A stretch of DNA of 64,000 nucleotides from Mesorhizobium sp. (GCA_019635735.1 JAHBYX010000004.1:156020-220019), one strand, 5' to 3'. Counted from the first letter of the stretch, positions 44,953 through 54,137 are shown. The notes: a model not told the origin generated them from the sequence alone. A program made the numbers and translations.

Positions 44953-45393
44953 CTAGCGCCCGAATGTGACGCCCGAGGTGGATCGGGTCTCGAGCGCGGC
45001 GAGGCAGGCATCGGGCGCGGTGCCGGGACCGGTGCACTCGGTCGCGTCGTTGATGAGCACGCGGCCGACATTGGCGCAGTCGACGCCCTTGAGGTCAAAG
45101 CGGCTGACCCTGGTCTTGCCCGATGGCAGCGACTTGAAGTCGAGGACGGTCAGGCGGTCGACGACGCCGGCCTTGTCGAACAGGGCCATCTCGTAGGCCG
45201 CGCGGTCGATCGTGGTGGCGAGGTCGTTCGCTACCACGAAGGTGAGCCTGCAGCCGCCTTCCGATGGCTGCAGGGCGTTGAGATCGAGAGAGACATACCG
45301 CTCCGGCGCGGTGGTCTGCGCCGATGCCGGAGCGAGCGGCATCATGGCCAGGGAGGTCAGTACGAGGAGCGATGCCGCCGGCCGCATGATCAC
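44953..45393 (-). CDS. secreted hypothetical protein (146 aa, four Cys) between hmuR and tonB
   Basis: Signal peptide MRPAASLLVLTSLAMMPLAPASA-QT. The GTG 45393 start overlaps the hmuR stop (GTGA); ATG 45387 is an alternative. No family recognised. Confidence 0.6.
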   Translation of the reverse strand: MIMRPAASLLVLTSLAMMPLAPASAQTTAPERYVSLDLNALQPSEGGCRLTFVVANDLATTIDRAAYEMALFDKAGVVDRLTVLDFKSLPSGKTRVSRFDLKGVDCANVGRVLINDATECTGPGTAPDACLAALETRSTSGVTFGR

Positions 45394-47567
45394 CAGCCGA
45401 TCTGCTTCGACAAAGAGAGCTTCAACGTGCGGCCCTTGGCGTCGTCGTTCATCAGGAACTCCTTGTACTGGCGGTCGAACAGGTTATCGATGCCGCCATG
45501 CACCTCCCAGCCGCGCATGGCGCCCTCTTTCGGCGTCCAGGACACGAAGATGTCGTGGACGTCGAAGGCGGTGGAGTATCGGGTGGAGGTGCCGGGAGGC
45601 ACGTCGGTGTTGCGCAGGCTGTCCTGCGGGCCGGCGACGACGCGTGCGTTCCAGCCGAACCGCACGTCATGCTGCGGAACCTTGCCGCCGAGGGTGAGCT
45701 TCAGCTCGTGCGGCGCGACCGACGTGAGGTATTCCGTCGCCGGCGTGACGTCGGCCGAAGTGTTCTTGCCGATCGTGAACGTGTAGGCGGCGTTGGCGAA
45801 GACGTAGTCGGCGTCATAGGCGGTCTCGACCTCGAAGCCGTAGATCTCGGCGCTGCTGATATTGACGAAGCCGGGAATGGCGTTGGGGCCGGGGAGGAGC
45901 GCGGGGTTCAGCGCGATCAGGTCGGTCACGTCGTTGTAGAAGCCGGTGAACTTCAACTGTCCGGAATCGCCTGCCTGCAGCATGTCGTAGCCGGACAGTG
46001 CGAAGCCGGCCTCGTAGTTGGTCGACAATTCCTTCTTGAGGTCGAGGCTCGGCAGGAACGTGTAGGCCGAGCCGCCGGTCGAGAAGACTTCGTCGACGGT
46101 CGGGAAGCGCTCGGTGTGCGCGATCGAGCCGAAGACGGCGACGGCGTCGTTGAACCGGTAGTGCGCGGCGAGCTTCGGCGAGATGGCGGTGTCGGTGAAC
46201 GAATCCGAGCCTGAGACCGCATCCTCCGGCGTCAGCTTGTGCCAGTCGAAACGAACGCCTGGAATGAGCGTCAGCTTCTCGTTCCAGATGAATTCGTTCT
46301 GGACGAACAGCCCCGCCTTCAGGTCGGTGCCTTCCGGATGGAACTGCAGGTCGAGCGGATCGCCATTGTTCTGATAGACGCTGGCAACGCGGGACTGGTG
46401 CGCGAGCTGGGTGCCGTAGGTGAGGTAGTTCTCCCAGCTCGCGCCGCGCCATTCCATCGTGTTCTGCGCGTTGAGCTGGACCGTCTTGTAGGCATAGTCG
46501 GCATCGCAGACGACGGCGAAGGAGCCGGGGCTGCAGGCCATCCTGAGATCGGCGTTGCGCTGCTCGTTGAACGTGTCGGAATAAGACAGCGCCACCTTCA
46601 GATCGAGCATGTCGTTGTCGGAGAAGGGGTTCTCGTAGGAGGCGATCGCCGTCTGGTCGATGACGTGGCGGTCGATGAGACCGAAGAAGGTCGCCGTCGA
46701 GGTCTGGGACAGCTGCTGGTCGTCGAGATCGGAATCCCAGCGCTGGTAGGAGAGGCGGAGCGTGCCTTCGTCGCCGACCTTGAACGTGCCCTTGGCGAGG
46801 CCGGACCAGGCACGGAAATTGGTGCCGACGATGTCGGTGCCGTCGCCCGACCGGTAGACGTCGCCCTGGCGCCAGTTGCCCATGAGCAGGAATTCGGCGT
46901 TCTCGCCCATGCGCTGGGCAAGCGTGGCGGAGCCGAGGACGCCCTTGCCGTTCGAGTCGAGCGTCGTCTTCAGCTTCAGCGCGCCGCGTTCGCCTTCGGC
47001 GATGAAGTCGGACGCGTCCTTGGTGGTGAAGTTGACGACGCCGCCGAGCGCGCCGGAGCCGTAGAGGGTCGACGATGCCGGCCCGCGCAGGACCTCGACG
47101 CGCTTGAACAGTTCCGGATCCGAGAAGAACGAGCCGAGGCGATACTGCTCGTAGAACTTCTGCACGCCGTCGACATTGACGATGATGCGGCCCTGGTCGC
47201 CCGAATTCTCAGGCGCGCCGACGCCGTGGATGTTGAAGGACTGACCGAGCACGCGGTCCGACCCGGTGACGTTGACGCCCGGCACCTTGCGGACAACGTC
47301 GGCGACGGTCGACGGCTGTGCCGAGTCGATGTCTTCCTGCTCGAGCACGCTCACCGCCTGCGGCGTGTCGATCGCGACCTTCTCCTGGCCGGCGCCGAGG
47401 ACGAGGCGCTGGAGCTGCGTGACGCGGCCCTTCTTCTGGCTCTCGGCCGTTACCTGTTCTTCAGTCGCCGCTTCGTCCGCGTCCTGCGCCCGGACCATTG
47501 CCATGTTCGCGAAGATCGCGATCGCGGTGCCGCATAGCAGCGCCCTGTTTCGTCCCACCAGCCCCAT
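45390..47567 (-). CDS. hmuR: TonB-dependent haem/haemoglobin outer membrane receptor
   Basis: Plug and barrel motifs (IEVLRGPASSTLYGSGALGG-type, C-terminal ...KLSLSKQIGW). Sits in the haem locus. Start at ATG 47567 with AGGAGCAGGAAT upstream. Confidence 0.85.
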   Translation of the reverse strand: MGLVGRNRALLCGTAIAIFANMAMVRAQDADEAATEEQVTAESQKKGRVTQLQRLVLGAGQEKVAIDTPQAVSVLEQEDIDSAQPSTVADVVRKVPGVNVTGSDRVLGQSFNIHGVGAPENSGDQGRIIVNVDGVQKFYEQYRLGSFFSDPELFKRVEVLRGPASSTLYGSGALGGVVNFTTKDASDFIAEGERGALKLKTTLDSNGKGVLGSATLAQRMGENAEFLLMGNWRQGDVYRSGDGTDIVGTNFRAWSGLAKGTFKVGDEGTLRLSYQRWDSDLDDQQLSQTSTATFFGLIDRHVIDQTAIASYENPFSDNDMLDLKVALSYSDTFNEQRNADLRMACSPGSFAVVCDADYAYKTVQLNAQNTMEWRGASWENYLTYGTQLAHQSRVASVYQNNGDPLDLQFHPEGTDLKAGLFVQNEFIWNEKLTLIPGVRFDWHKLTPEDAVSGSDSFTDTAISPKLAAHYRFNDAVAVFGSIAHTERFPTVDEVFSTGGSAYTFLPSLDLKKELSTNYEAGFALSGYDMLQAGDSGQLKFTGFYNDVTDLIALNPALLPGPNAIPGFVNISSAEIYGFEVETAYDADYVFANAAYTFTIGKNTSADVTPATEYLTSVAPHELKLTLGGKVPQHDVRFGWNARVVAGPQDSLRNTDVPPGTSTRYSTAFDVHDIFVSWTPKEGAMRGWEVHGGIDNLFDRQYKEFLMNDDAKGRTLKLSLSKQIGW

Positions 47568-47682
47568 ATTCCTGCTCCTGACACCTGAGGTCATTGCTGG
47601 CTGGCACGGGGCTGGCTCGCATGCGTTCGATCCCGAATTTAAACTTGACTCGTTTACTCCGGTATTGCACTCCCTATTAAAG

Positions 47683-47697
47683 CTGATAATCAGAGTC
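47683..47697. promoter_or_regulatory. candidate RirA IRO box TGA-N9-TCA (tgataatcagagtca) in the hmuR/hmuP divergent promoter
   Basis: Pattern read directly from the sequence. It lies 116-130 nt upstream of hmuR ATG 47567 and 68-82 nt upstream of the hmuP start. rirA is encoded 4.4 kb away. Confidence 0.4.
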
Positions 47698-47764
47698 AAC
47701 ATTCGATATCACGATGCCGCCAAGCCAGCCAGGGCAAGCAAGGCGCGATGAAGAGGCCGCCACC

Positions 47765-47974
47765 GTGAACACGAGATTCTCCGTCGACCATTCCGCCGAT
47801 TCCGAGCGTGCGCCGCGGCGCGACAGCCTCGTCCGGCCGGCCGCGTCGCTGCCTCTGCGCATGCTCGACAGCGCGACCCTGTTCCGGGGGGAGCACGAAA
47901 TCGGCATCGAACACCATGGCGCACTCTACCGGCTGAAGATCACCCGGCAGGGCAAGCTGATCCTCAACAAGTAG
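47765..47974 (+). CDS. hmuP: hemin uptake protein HemP/HmuP
   Basis: C-terminal LFRGEHEIGIEHHGALYRLKITRQGKLILNK HemP motif. I prefer the GTG 47765 start (GAAGAGG 8 nt upstream). The track ORF starts at 47714. Confidence 0.75.
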   Translation: MNTRFSVDHSADSERAPRRDSLVRPAASLPLRMLDSATLFRGEHEIGIEHHGALYRLKITRQGKLILNK

Positions 47975-48007
47975 CCATTTCACCGCACGAGAAGCAGGAC
48001 CGAAACG

Positions 48008-49066
48008 ATGAGCGCAGACCGACCCACGCCCGACGCAATCCGCCAGGCGCGAGCCGAAAACCCCAAGCTGCGCGAGCGCGACCTCGCCGGCCAGCTCGGC
48101 ATTTCGGAGGCCGAATTCGTCGCCGCGTGGGTGGGCGAGGGCGTCCGCCGCATCCGTCCCGATGTCGACGCCTTCCTGACCGGCATGGAGGCGCTGGGCG
48201 AGGTGATGGCGCTGACGCGCAACGAGAGCGCGGTGCACGAGAAGATCGGCGTCTATGACAAGGTGGTGCTGGGCGAACATGCCGCGATGACGCTGGGCGC
48301 CGAGATCGACCTGCGCATCTTCCCGAAGGTGTGGGCGCATGGCTATGCCGTGGCGAAGACCGACGCGGACGGAACGGTGCGGCGCAGCCTGCAGTTCTTC
48401 GATGCGGGCGGAGAGGCGGTGCACAAGGTGCATCTGCGGCCGGCTTCGAACGTCGAGGCGTATGAGGGGCTGGTCGCGGCGCTCCTCCATCCCGAGCAGG
48501 AGCAGACGCTGCGCGTCGTTGCGCCGGTGACGTCGATCGCGCCGGCGGTCAATTCATCCGTCGACGTTGAGGATCTGCGCGCACGCTGGTCGGCGATGAC
48601 GGACGTGCACCAGTTCGCCTCGATCCTGCGCGACATGAAGCTGACGCGCCAGCAGGCGGTGCACCTGGTCGGCGAAGACTACGCCTGGCCGGTCGATCGC
48701 GGTTCGGTCGCGGCGATGATGCGGATCTCGGCCACCGAGGAAATCCCGATCATGTGCTTCGTCGGCAACCGCGGCTGCATCCAGATCCACAGCGGGCCGG
48801 TCAAGGAGATCAAGCCGATGGGACCGTGGCTCAACGTGATGGACGAGACCTTCCACCTGCATCTGCGGCTCGACCACATCCGCGAGGTGTGGGCGGTGCG
48901 CAAGCCGGCGAGCGAGGGCCATGTGACGTCGCTCGAAGCCTATGACGCGGCCGGCCGGCTGATCATCCAGTTCTTCGGCAAGCGCAACGAAGGCGCGTTC
49001 GAGCGCGACGACTGGCGCGGCCTGGTCGAGACCCTGCCGCGCGGCCCGCGCTCGACCGCAGCCTGA
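48008..49066 (+). CDS. hmuS: hemin-degrading/transport protein HmuS (ChuS/HemS family)
   Basis: 352-aa two-repeat HemS/ChuS-like sequence (ALTRNESAVHEKIG ..., FVGNRGCIQIHSGPV). Confidence 0.85.
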   Translation: MSADRPTPDAIRQARAENPKLRERDLAGQLGISEAEFVAAWVGEGVRRIRPDVDAFLTGMEALGEVMALTRNESAVHEKIGVYDKVVLGEHAAMTLGAEIDLRIFPKVWAHGYAVAKTDADGTVRRSLQFFDAGGEAVHKVHLRPASNVEAYEGLVAALLHPEQEQTLRVVAPVTSIAPAVNSSVDVEDLRARWSAMTDVHQFASILRDMKLTRQQAVHLVGEDYAWPVDRGSVAAMMRISATEEIPIMCFVGNRGCIQIHSGPVKEIKPMGPWLNVMDETFHLHLRLDHIREVWAVRKPASEGHVTSLEAYDAAGRLIIQFFGKRNEGAFERDDWRGLVETLPRGPRSTAA

Positions 49067-49076
49067 GGAGAATGCC

Positions 49077-49997
49077 ATGACCCTCTTTATTCCCAATGCG
49101 CGCACGCGCCGCGCCGCCATGTGGGCGGCGGCCGTGGCGCTGACGCTTGCAGCGCTCGCGGCCCCCACGCCCAGGGCGCATTCGGCCGAGGACATCGCCG
49201 CCGTGGCGAAGGCCAAGCGCATCGTCGCGATCGGCGGATCGGTGACGGAGATCGTGTATGCGCTGGGCGAGGGGGGACGGCTGGTTGCGCGCGATTCGAC
49301 CGGCCTCTATCCGCCGGCCGCGCTTGCCCTGCCCGACATCGGCTACATGCGCGCGATCTCGCCCGAGAATGTGCTCGGCATCGATCCGGACGGGATCCTC
49401 ACGATCGAGGGCAGCGGCCCGCCCGAGGCGATCGAGGTCTTGAAGAAGGCGAGCGTTCCCTTCGCCACCGTGCCGGAAAAATTCGACGAGGCCGGCATCC
49501 TCGAAAAGATCCGCGTCGTCGGGACCGCGCTCGGCGTCGAGGACAAGGCGGCGAAGCTGTCGGCGGAGGTGAAGGCCGACATCGACGCAGCGATCGCGGC
49601 CACGGCAGGAATTGCCGAGCGCAAGCGGGTGCTGTTCGTCCTGTCGATGCAGGGCGGCAAGGCGCTGGCATCGGGAACAGGAACCGCCGCCGACGGCATC
49701 ATCAGGATGGCGGGCGGAATCAACGCGGTGAGCGAATTCGCCGGCTACAAGCCGGTGACCGACGAGGCGATCGTCACCGCCAGGCCCGACCTGATCCTGA
49801 TGATGGACAGGGGCGGCGACCATTCGGCGGCGAATGCCGACATGAAGGCGCATCCGGCGCTGTCGCAGACGCCGGCGGTGCGCAAAGACGCGATAGTGCG
49901 CATGGACGGCGCCTATCTTCTCGGCTTCGGGCCGCGCACGGCGAGTGCCGCGCGCGATCTCGCCAGGGCGCTCTACGGCGACCGCGTCGTCAACTGA
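49077..49997 (+). CDS. hmuT: hemin ABC transporter substrate-binding protein
   Basis: Signal peptide plus a class 8 periplasmic binding fold (IVAIGGSVTEIVYALG). Confidence 0.85.
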   Translation: MTLFIPNARTRRAAMWAAAVALTLAALAAPTPRAHSAEDIAAVAKAKRIVAIGGSVTEIVYALGEGGRLVARDSTGLYPPAALALPDIGYMRAISPENVLGIDPDGILTIEGSGPPEAIEVLKKASVPFATVPEKFDEAGILEKIRVVGTALGVEDKAAKLSAEVKADIDAAIAATAGIAERKRVLFVLSMQGGKALASGTGTAADGIIRMAGGINAVSEFAGYKPVTDEAIVTARPDLILMMDRGGDHSAANADMKAHPALSQTPAVRKDAIVRMDGAYLLGFGPRTASAARDLARALYGDRVVN

Positions 49998-50006
49998 GTA
50001 GGGCCG

Positions 50007-51104
50007 GTGCTACAGAAAGTATCAGAGCTGCCGGACCTGGTCCGGAAGCCCTCGCATGAGGGCGACCGGCGCCGAAGGGCACGGCTTGCGATCACGCTCC
50101 TCGCGGTCGCGCTCTGCGCGGCTTTTCTGTTCAGCCTCGCCTCCGGCGCCTCGGATGCATCGGCCCTGTCGGTGCTCGGCGAATTGCTGGGCATTGGCGC
50201 GCAAGGCGCGATGTCGGCGCGCGACCGCATCATCGTCATGGACATCCGCCTGCCGCGCGCCGTGCTCGGCGTGCTGATCGGCGCGGCGCTGGCGGTGTCG
50301 GGCGCGGTGATGCAGGGTCTGTTCCGCAATCCGCTCGCCGACCCGGGCCTCGTCGGCGTGTCGGCCGGCGCGGGGCTGGGGGCGATCTCGATCATCGTGC
50401 TGGGCGGGACCGCGCTTGCACCGCTGACCGCGCTTTTCGGCATCTACTCGCTGCCGCTGGCGGCCTTCCTCGGCGGTCTGCTGACGACGCTGGTGCTCTA
50501 CCGCGTCGCGACGCGGCGCGGCCAGACCTCGGTTGCGACCATGCTATTGGCCGGCATCGCGCTGGGCGCCATGGCTGGCGCGCTGTCCGGACTGCTGGTC
50601 TACATGGCCGACGATCGCCAACTGCGCGACCTGACTTTCTGGGGGCTGGGCTCGCTTGCCGGCGCGACATGGCTCAAGATCGCCGCCGCCGGCCCGATCA
50701 TCGCTGTCGCCCTTCTCGCTGCGCCGTTTCTCGCGCGGGGGCTGAATGCGCTGTCGCTCGGCGAATCGACCGCCAACCATCTCGGCATCCCCGTGCAGCG
50801 GGTGAAGTCGGTGGCGATCGTCACGGTTGCGGGCGCGGTGGGCGCGTCGGTCGCGGTGTCGGGCGGCATCGGCTTCGTCGGCATCGTGGTGCCGCATCTG
50901 CTGCGGCTCGCGATTGGCCCGGACAACCGCTACCTTTTGCCGGCCGCGGCCCTTCTGGGTGCCAGCCTGCTGTTGCTCGCGGATTCGGTCAGTCGCACCA
51001 TCGTCGCGCCGGCGGAACTGCCGATCGGCATCGTCACGGCCGCCGTCGGCGCGCCGTTCTTCCTCTGGATCCTGCTGCGCAAGCGCGGCGTCATAGACCT
51101 GTGA
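50007..51104 (+). CDS. hmuU: hemin ABC transporter permease (FecCD family)
   Basis: FecCD motifs (RLPRAVLGVLIGAALAVSGAVMQGLFRNPLADPGL). GTG start. Confidence 0.85.
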   Translation: MLQKVSELPDLVRKPSHEGDRRRRARLAITLLAVALCAAFLFSLASGASDASALSVLGELLGIGAQGAMSARDRIIVMDIRLPRAVLGVLIGAALAVSGAVMQGLFRNPLADPGLVGVSAGAGLGAISIIVLGGTALAPLTALFGIYSLPLAAFLGGLLTTLVLYRVATRRGQTSVATMLLAGIALGAMAGALSGLLVYMADDRQLRDLTFWGLGSLAGATWLKIAAAGPIIAVALLAAPFLARGLNALSLGESTANHLGIPVQRVKSVAIVTVAGAVGASVAVSGGIGFVGIVVPHLLRLAIGPDNRYLLPAAALLGASLLLLADSVSRTIVAPAELPIGIVTAAVGAPFFLWILLRKRGVIDL

Positions 51105-51112
51105 GAACCGCG

Positions 51113-51904
51113 ATGATCGAACTCGACAAGGTTTCGGTCGACATCGGATCGAAGCGGATCGTCTCCGACGTGTCGTTTAGAGCGCATGCGGGCGAGGTGA
51201 CGGCGATCGTCGGGCCGAACGGTTCCGGCAAGACGACGCTGCTGAAGGCGATTTCGGGCGAATGGGCCTATCGCGGCTCCATCTCGCTCGCGGGCCGGGA
51301 AATGCGGACGATGAAGCCGTGGGAGACGGCGGGCCTGCGCGCCGTGCTGCCGCAGGCAACCACGCTGTCGTTTCCCTTTACCGTGCTTGAGATCGTAAGG
51401 CTCGGCCTGACGAGCGGCCGTTCGGGCGTGACCGGCCCGGCGCTGGAGCTGCTCGCCGAGGAGGCGCTGGAACGCGTCGACCTGGCGGGCTTCGCCGGGC
51501 GCTTCTACCAGGAGCTCTCGGGCGGCGAGCAGCAGCGCGTGCAGCTCGCCCGCGTGCTGTGCCAGGTGTGGCAGCCGGTGCTGGACGGCGAGCCGCGCTT
51601 CCTGCTGCTCGACGAGCCGGTGTCGAGCCTCGACATCAAGCACCAGCTTGTCATCATGGGGATCGCGCGCGACTTCGCCAGGGCAGGTGGCGGCGTGGTG
51701 GCGATCCTGCACGACCTGAACCTGACGGCGATGTTCGCCGACCGGATCGTGATGATGCACCGGGGGAGGGCGGAGGCGGTCGGGAAGCCGGCGGAGGTGC
51801 TGGTGGACGAGCGGATCAGCCGGGTGTTCGAATGCGGGTTGCGGGTCGGGGTCACGCCCGCGGCGGGAGCGCCGTTCGTGCTGCCTCAGTCGGCGACGGT
51901 GTAG
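51113..51904 (+). CDS. hmuV: hemin ABC transporter ATP-binding protein
   Basis: Walker A GPNGSGKTT, signature LSGGEQQRV, Walker B LLLDEP. Start is MIELDKV at 51113. Confidence 0.9.
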   Translation: MIELDKVSVDIGSKRIVSDVSFRAHAGEVTAIVGPNGSGKTTLLKAISGEWAYRGSISLAGREMRTMKPWETAGLRAVLPQATTLSFPFTVLEIVRLGLTSGRSGVTGPALELLAEEALERVDLAGFAGRFYQELSGGEQQRVQLARVLCQVWQPVLDGEPRFLLLDEPVSSLDIKHQLVIMGIARDFARAGGGVVAILHDLNLTAMFADRIVMMHRGRAEAVGKPAEVLVDERISRVFECGLRVGVTPAAGAPFVLPQSATV

Positions 51905-51931
51905 ACGAGCGAGCCTTCACAACAAAACGAT

Positions 51932-52092
51932 CGTCATGCCGAAGGCCATCCGGTATCCATTGGCATGCGCGATTGGAGCGCGGTTTTTTTCGCCGAGAGG
52001 CCGAGATAAGACGGCGTCAGAGGCGGGAGCCGAACAGCGCCAATCCTCGTACAAGAATGGGTCCAGGATCGCCTTCGGCGTCCGGGATGACG
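51932..52092. repeat. MITE/REP-like element with imperfect terminal inverted repeats, related to the 42431-43045 repeat family
   Basis: The left arm cgtcatgccgaaggccatccggtatccattg is the inverse of the right arm aagaatgggtccaggatcgccttcggcgtccgggatgacg (20 of 24 in the core by hand alignment, plus a 7-nt indel). The right arm aligns with aagaatggataccggctggccttcggcctccggtatgacg in the tandem units. Confidence 0.7.
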
Positions 52093-52105
52093 AGCGTATA
52101 GAGAG

Positions 52106-52567
52106 TTACGCCGCGGCCACCGGCTGGGCCATGTCCTTGATGCCGAGCAGCAGGCGGACGTCGGTGCGTTCCTTGACCAGATCCTCGATCGTGTAGCTCT
52201 CGAGCACGTCGAAGAAGGCGCCCAGCGCCTTGCGCAGCGCGGCGTTCAGCGAGCAGGAATCGATCAGCGGGCATTCGGCGGCGTCGTTCTCGAAGCACTC
52301 CGCCATGGCGAAGTTTTCTTCCGTGACGCGGACCACGTCGAACAGGGTGATCTCGGAGGCGGCGCGGGCGAGCCTGACGCCGCCATTGCGGCCGCGTACG
52401 GTCTCCACCAGGCGCGCTTCAACGAGCGGCTGCAAGATCTTGAAAAGGAAGAGTTCCGACACGCCGTAGGCCGAAGCGATCTCGGGGATGCGGCTCAAAC
52501 GGCCGCTGTTGGCCGCGCAATACATCATGATGCGGACGGCATAATTGGTCTGTCGGGTAAGGCGCAT
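52106..52567 (-). CDS. rirA: Rrf2 family iron-responsive regulator RirA
   Basis: MRLTRQTNYAVRIMMYCAANSGRLSRIPEIASAYGVSELFLFKILQPL... with the C-x7-C-x5-C cluster ligands (AECFENDAAECPLIDSC). Confidence 0.85.
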   Translation of the reverse strand: MRLTRQTNYAVRIMMYCAANSGRLSRIPEIASAYGVSELFLFKILQPLVEARLVETVRGRNGGVRLARAASEITLFDVVRVTEENFAMAECFENDAAECPLIDSCSLNAALRKALGAFFDVLESYTIEDLVKERTDVRLLLGIKDMAQPVAAA

Positions 52568-52660
52568 CGAAAAGGCTTCCTCGGACGTTCCGGCTGGACG
52601 CCGGTTTGGGATTTATATGCGCCGCTTTTTGGAATTATTCCAGAGTAGATCGCTTTAAGA

Positions 52661-52675
52661 TGATCACAATGTTCA
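52661..52675. promoter_or_regulatory. candidate IRO box TGA-N9-TCA (tgatcacaatgttca) upstream of rirA
   Basis: Read directly from the sequence. It lies 94-108 nt upstream of the rirA ATG (52567), in the only non-coding gap before the gene. Confidence 0.35.
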
Positions 52676-52682
52676 ACTTAGA

Positions 52683-54137
52683 TCAGGCGATTTGAAGGCC
52701 GCCGCCACGGCCGGTATGGCGCTCATAGGCCGCGGCCGCGCGCAGCACGTCGGCGTCGCGGCGCGGCCGGCCGATGAGCTGGAAACCCATCGGGCGTCCC
52801 AGCGCGTCAAATCCGGCCGGGAGGCTCGCCGCCGGGCAGCCGGCCATGGTGGCGAGCGCAGTGACTTCCATCCAGCGATGGTAGCTGTCCATCGCCCTTC
52901 CGGCGATTTCCGACGGCCAGTGGATATCGACGCTGAAGGGAAAGACCTGCGCGGTCGGCAAAGCGAGGAAGTCATACGTCTCGAACAGGCGCAGCACCGC
53001 CTCGTACCATTCCGAGCGAACGACCGAGGCGGCATGGATCGCGGGGGCGCGAAGATCGAGCGCGCCTTCGATCTCCCAGACGGCCTCCGGCTTGAGCAAG
53101 GGGCGACGGGCGGGATCGTCGTAGTGCACCTTGAGCGCGCAGCCGCTGGTGGCGTGGCGAAGCGTGACGAAGGCCCGCCAGATGCGCTCGAAATCGACTG
53201 CGGGGACGTGCGCCTCGACCGACAGGCCGGCCGCTTCGAAGCTTCGAAGGGCGGTTTCGCACAAATTGAGCACACCGTCCTCGGTGGCGAGATGCCCGCC
53301 GAGATCGCCGAGCCAGGCGATCCGGCCGCTTTGGACGGGAGTCCCGAGCTGCCTCGGGAAGTCGAGGTCGACGCCGCCGAGCGACAGCGGCGCGCCGGGG
53401 TGATAGCCCGCCTGAACGGAGAGAAGCAGCGCCAGGTCGGCGACGTTGCGCGCCATAGGGCCTTCGACGCCCATCTGGCTGATGAAGAGTTCGCCGCCTG
53501 GGCCGCCCGGAACGAGCCCCTGCGAAGGCCGGAAGCCGTAGATGTTGTTCCATGCGGCCGGATTGCGCAGAGAGCCGCCCATGTCGCTGCCGTCGGCGAG
53601 CGGCACCATGTGAAGTGCGGTGGCGACCGCCGCGCCGCCGCTCGACCCGCCGGAGGTCAGGTTCCGGTCGAAGGCGTTGCGGGTCGCGCCGAACACTTCG
53701 TTGTAGGTCTGCGAGCCGAAGCCGAACTCGGGCACGTTGGTCTTGCCGATGATGATGGCGCCCGCAGCGCGCATGCGGGCGACGAAGACATCGTCCTCGT
53801 CGGGGATGAAATCGGCGAAGATGCGCGAACCCCATGTGGTGCGCAGGCCCTTTGTGCAGGCGAGGTCCTTGATGGCGACAGGGAGACCGAAGAGCGCGCC
53901 GGGCTTCGCGCCAGAGGCGAGCCCCGCATCGGCATCGTCCGCCTCGGCGAGGATTTCGGCGCGCGGGCGAAGCGACACGACGGCATTCACGGTGGGATTG
54001 ACCGTCTCGATCCTGTCGAGGAAGGCGGTCGCAACCTCGCGGCAGGAGAGGTCGCGGCGGCGGATGCGCTCGGTCAGCTCGGTTGCGGCAAGGCCGCAGA
54101 TCGGGCCGGGGGTGGGGAAGGGCTGTGTCTCGTGCAT
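52683..54137 (-). CDS. amidase (amidase signature family)
   Basis: GGSSGGAAVATA and GSDMGGSLRNPA signature. Start at MHETQPF (54137). Confidence 0.85.
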   Translation of the reverse strand: MHETQPFPTPGPICGLAATELTERIRRRDLSCREVATAFLDRIETVNPTVNAVVSLRPRAEILAEADDADAGLASGAKPGALFGLPVAIKDLACTKGLRTTWGSRIFADFIPDEDDVFVARMRAAGAIIIGKTNVPEFGFGSQTYNEVFGATRNAFDRNLTSGGSSGGAAVATALHMVPLADGSDMGGSLRNPAAWNNIYGFRPSQGLVPGGPGGELFISQMGVEGPMARNVADLALLLSVQAGYHPGAPLSLGGVDLDFPRQLGTPVQSGRIAWLGDLGGHLATEDGVLNLCETALRSFEAAGLSVEAHVPAVDFERIWRAFVTLRHATSGCALKVHYDDPARRPLLKPEAVWEIEGALDLRAPAIHAASVVRSEWYEAVLRLFETYDFLALPTAQVFPFSVDIHWPSEIAGRAMDSYHRWMEVTALATMAGCPAASLPAGFDALGRPMGFQLIGRPRRDADVLRAAAAYERHTGRGGGLQIA

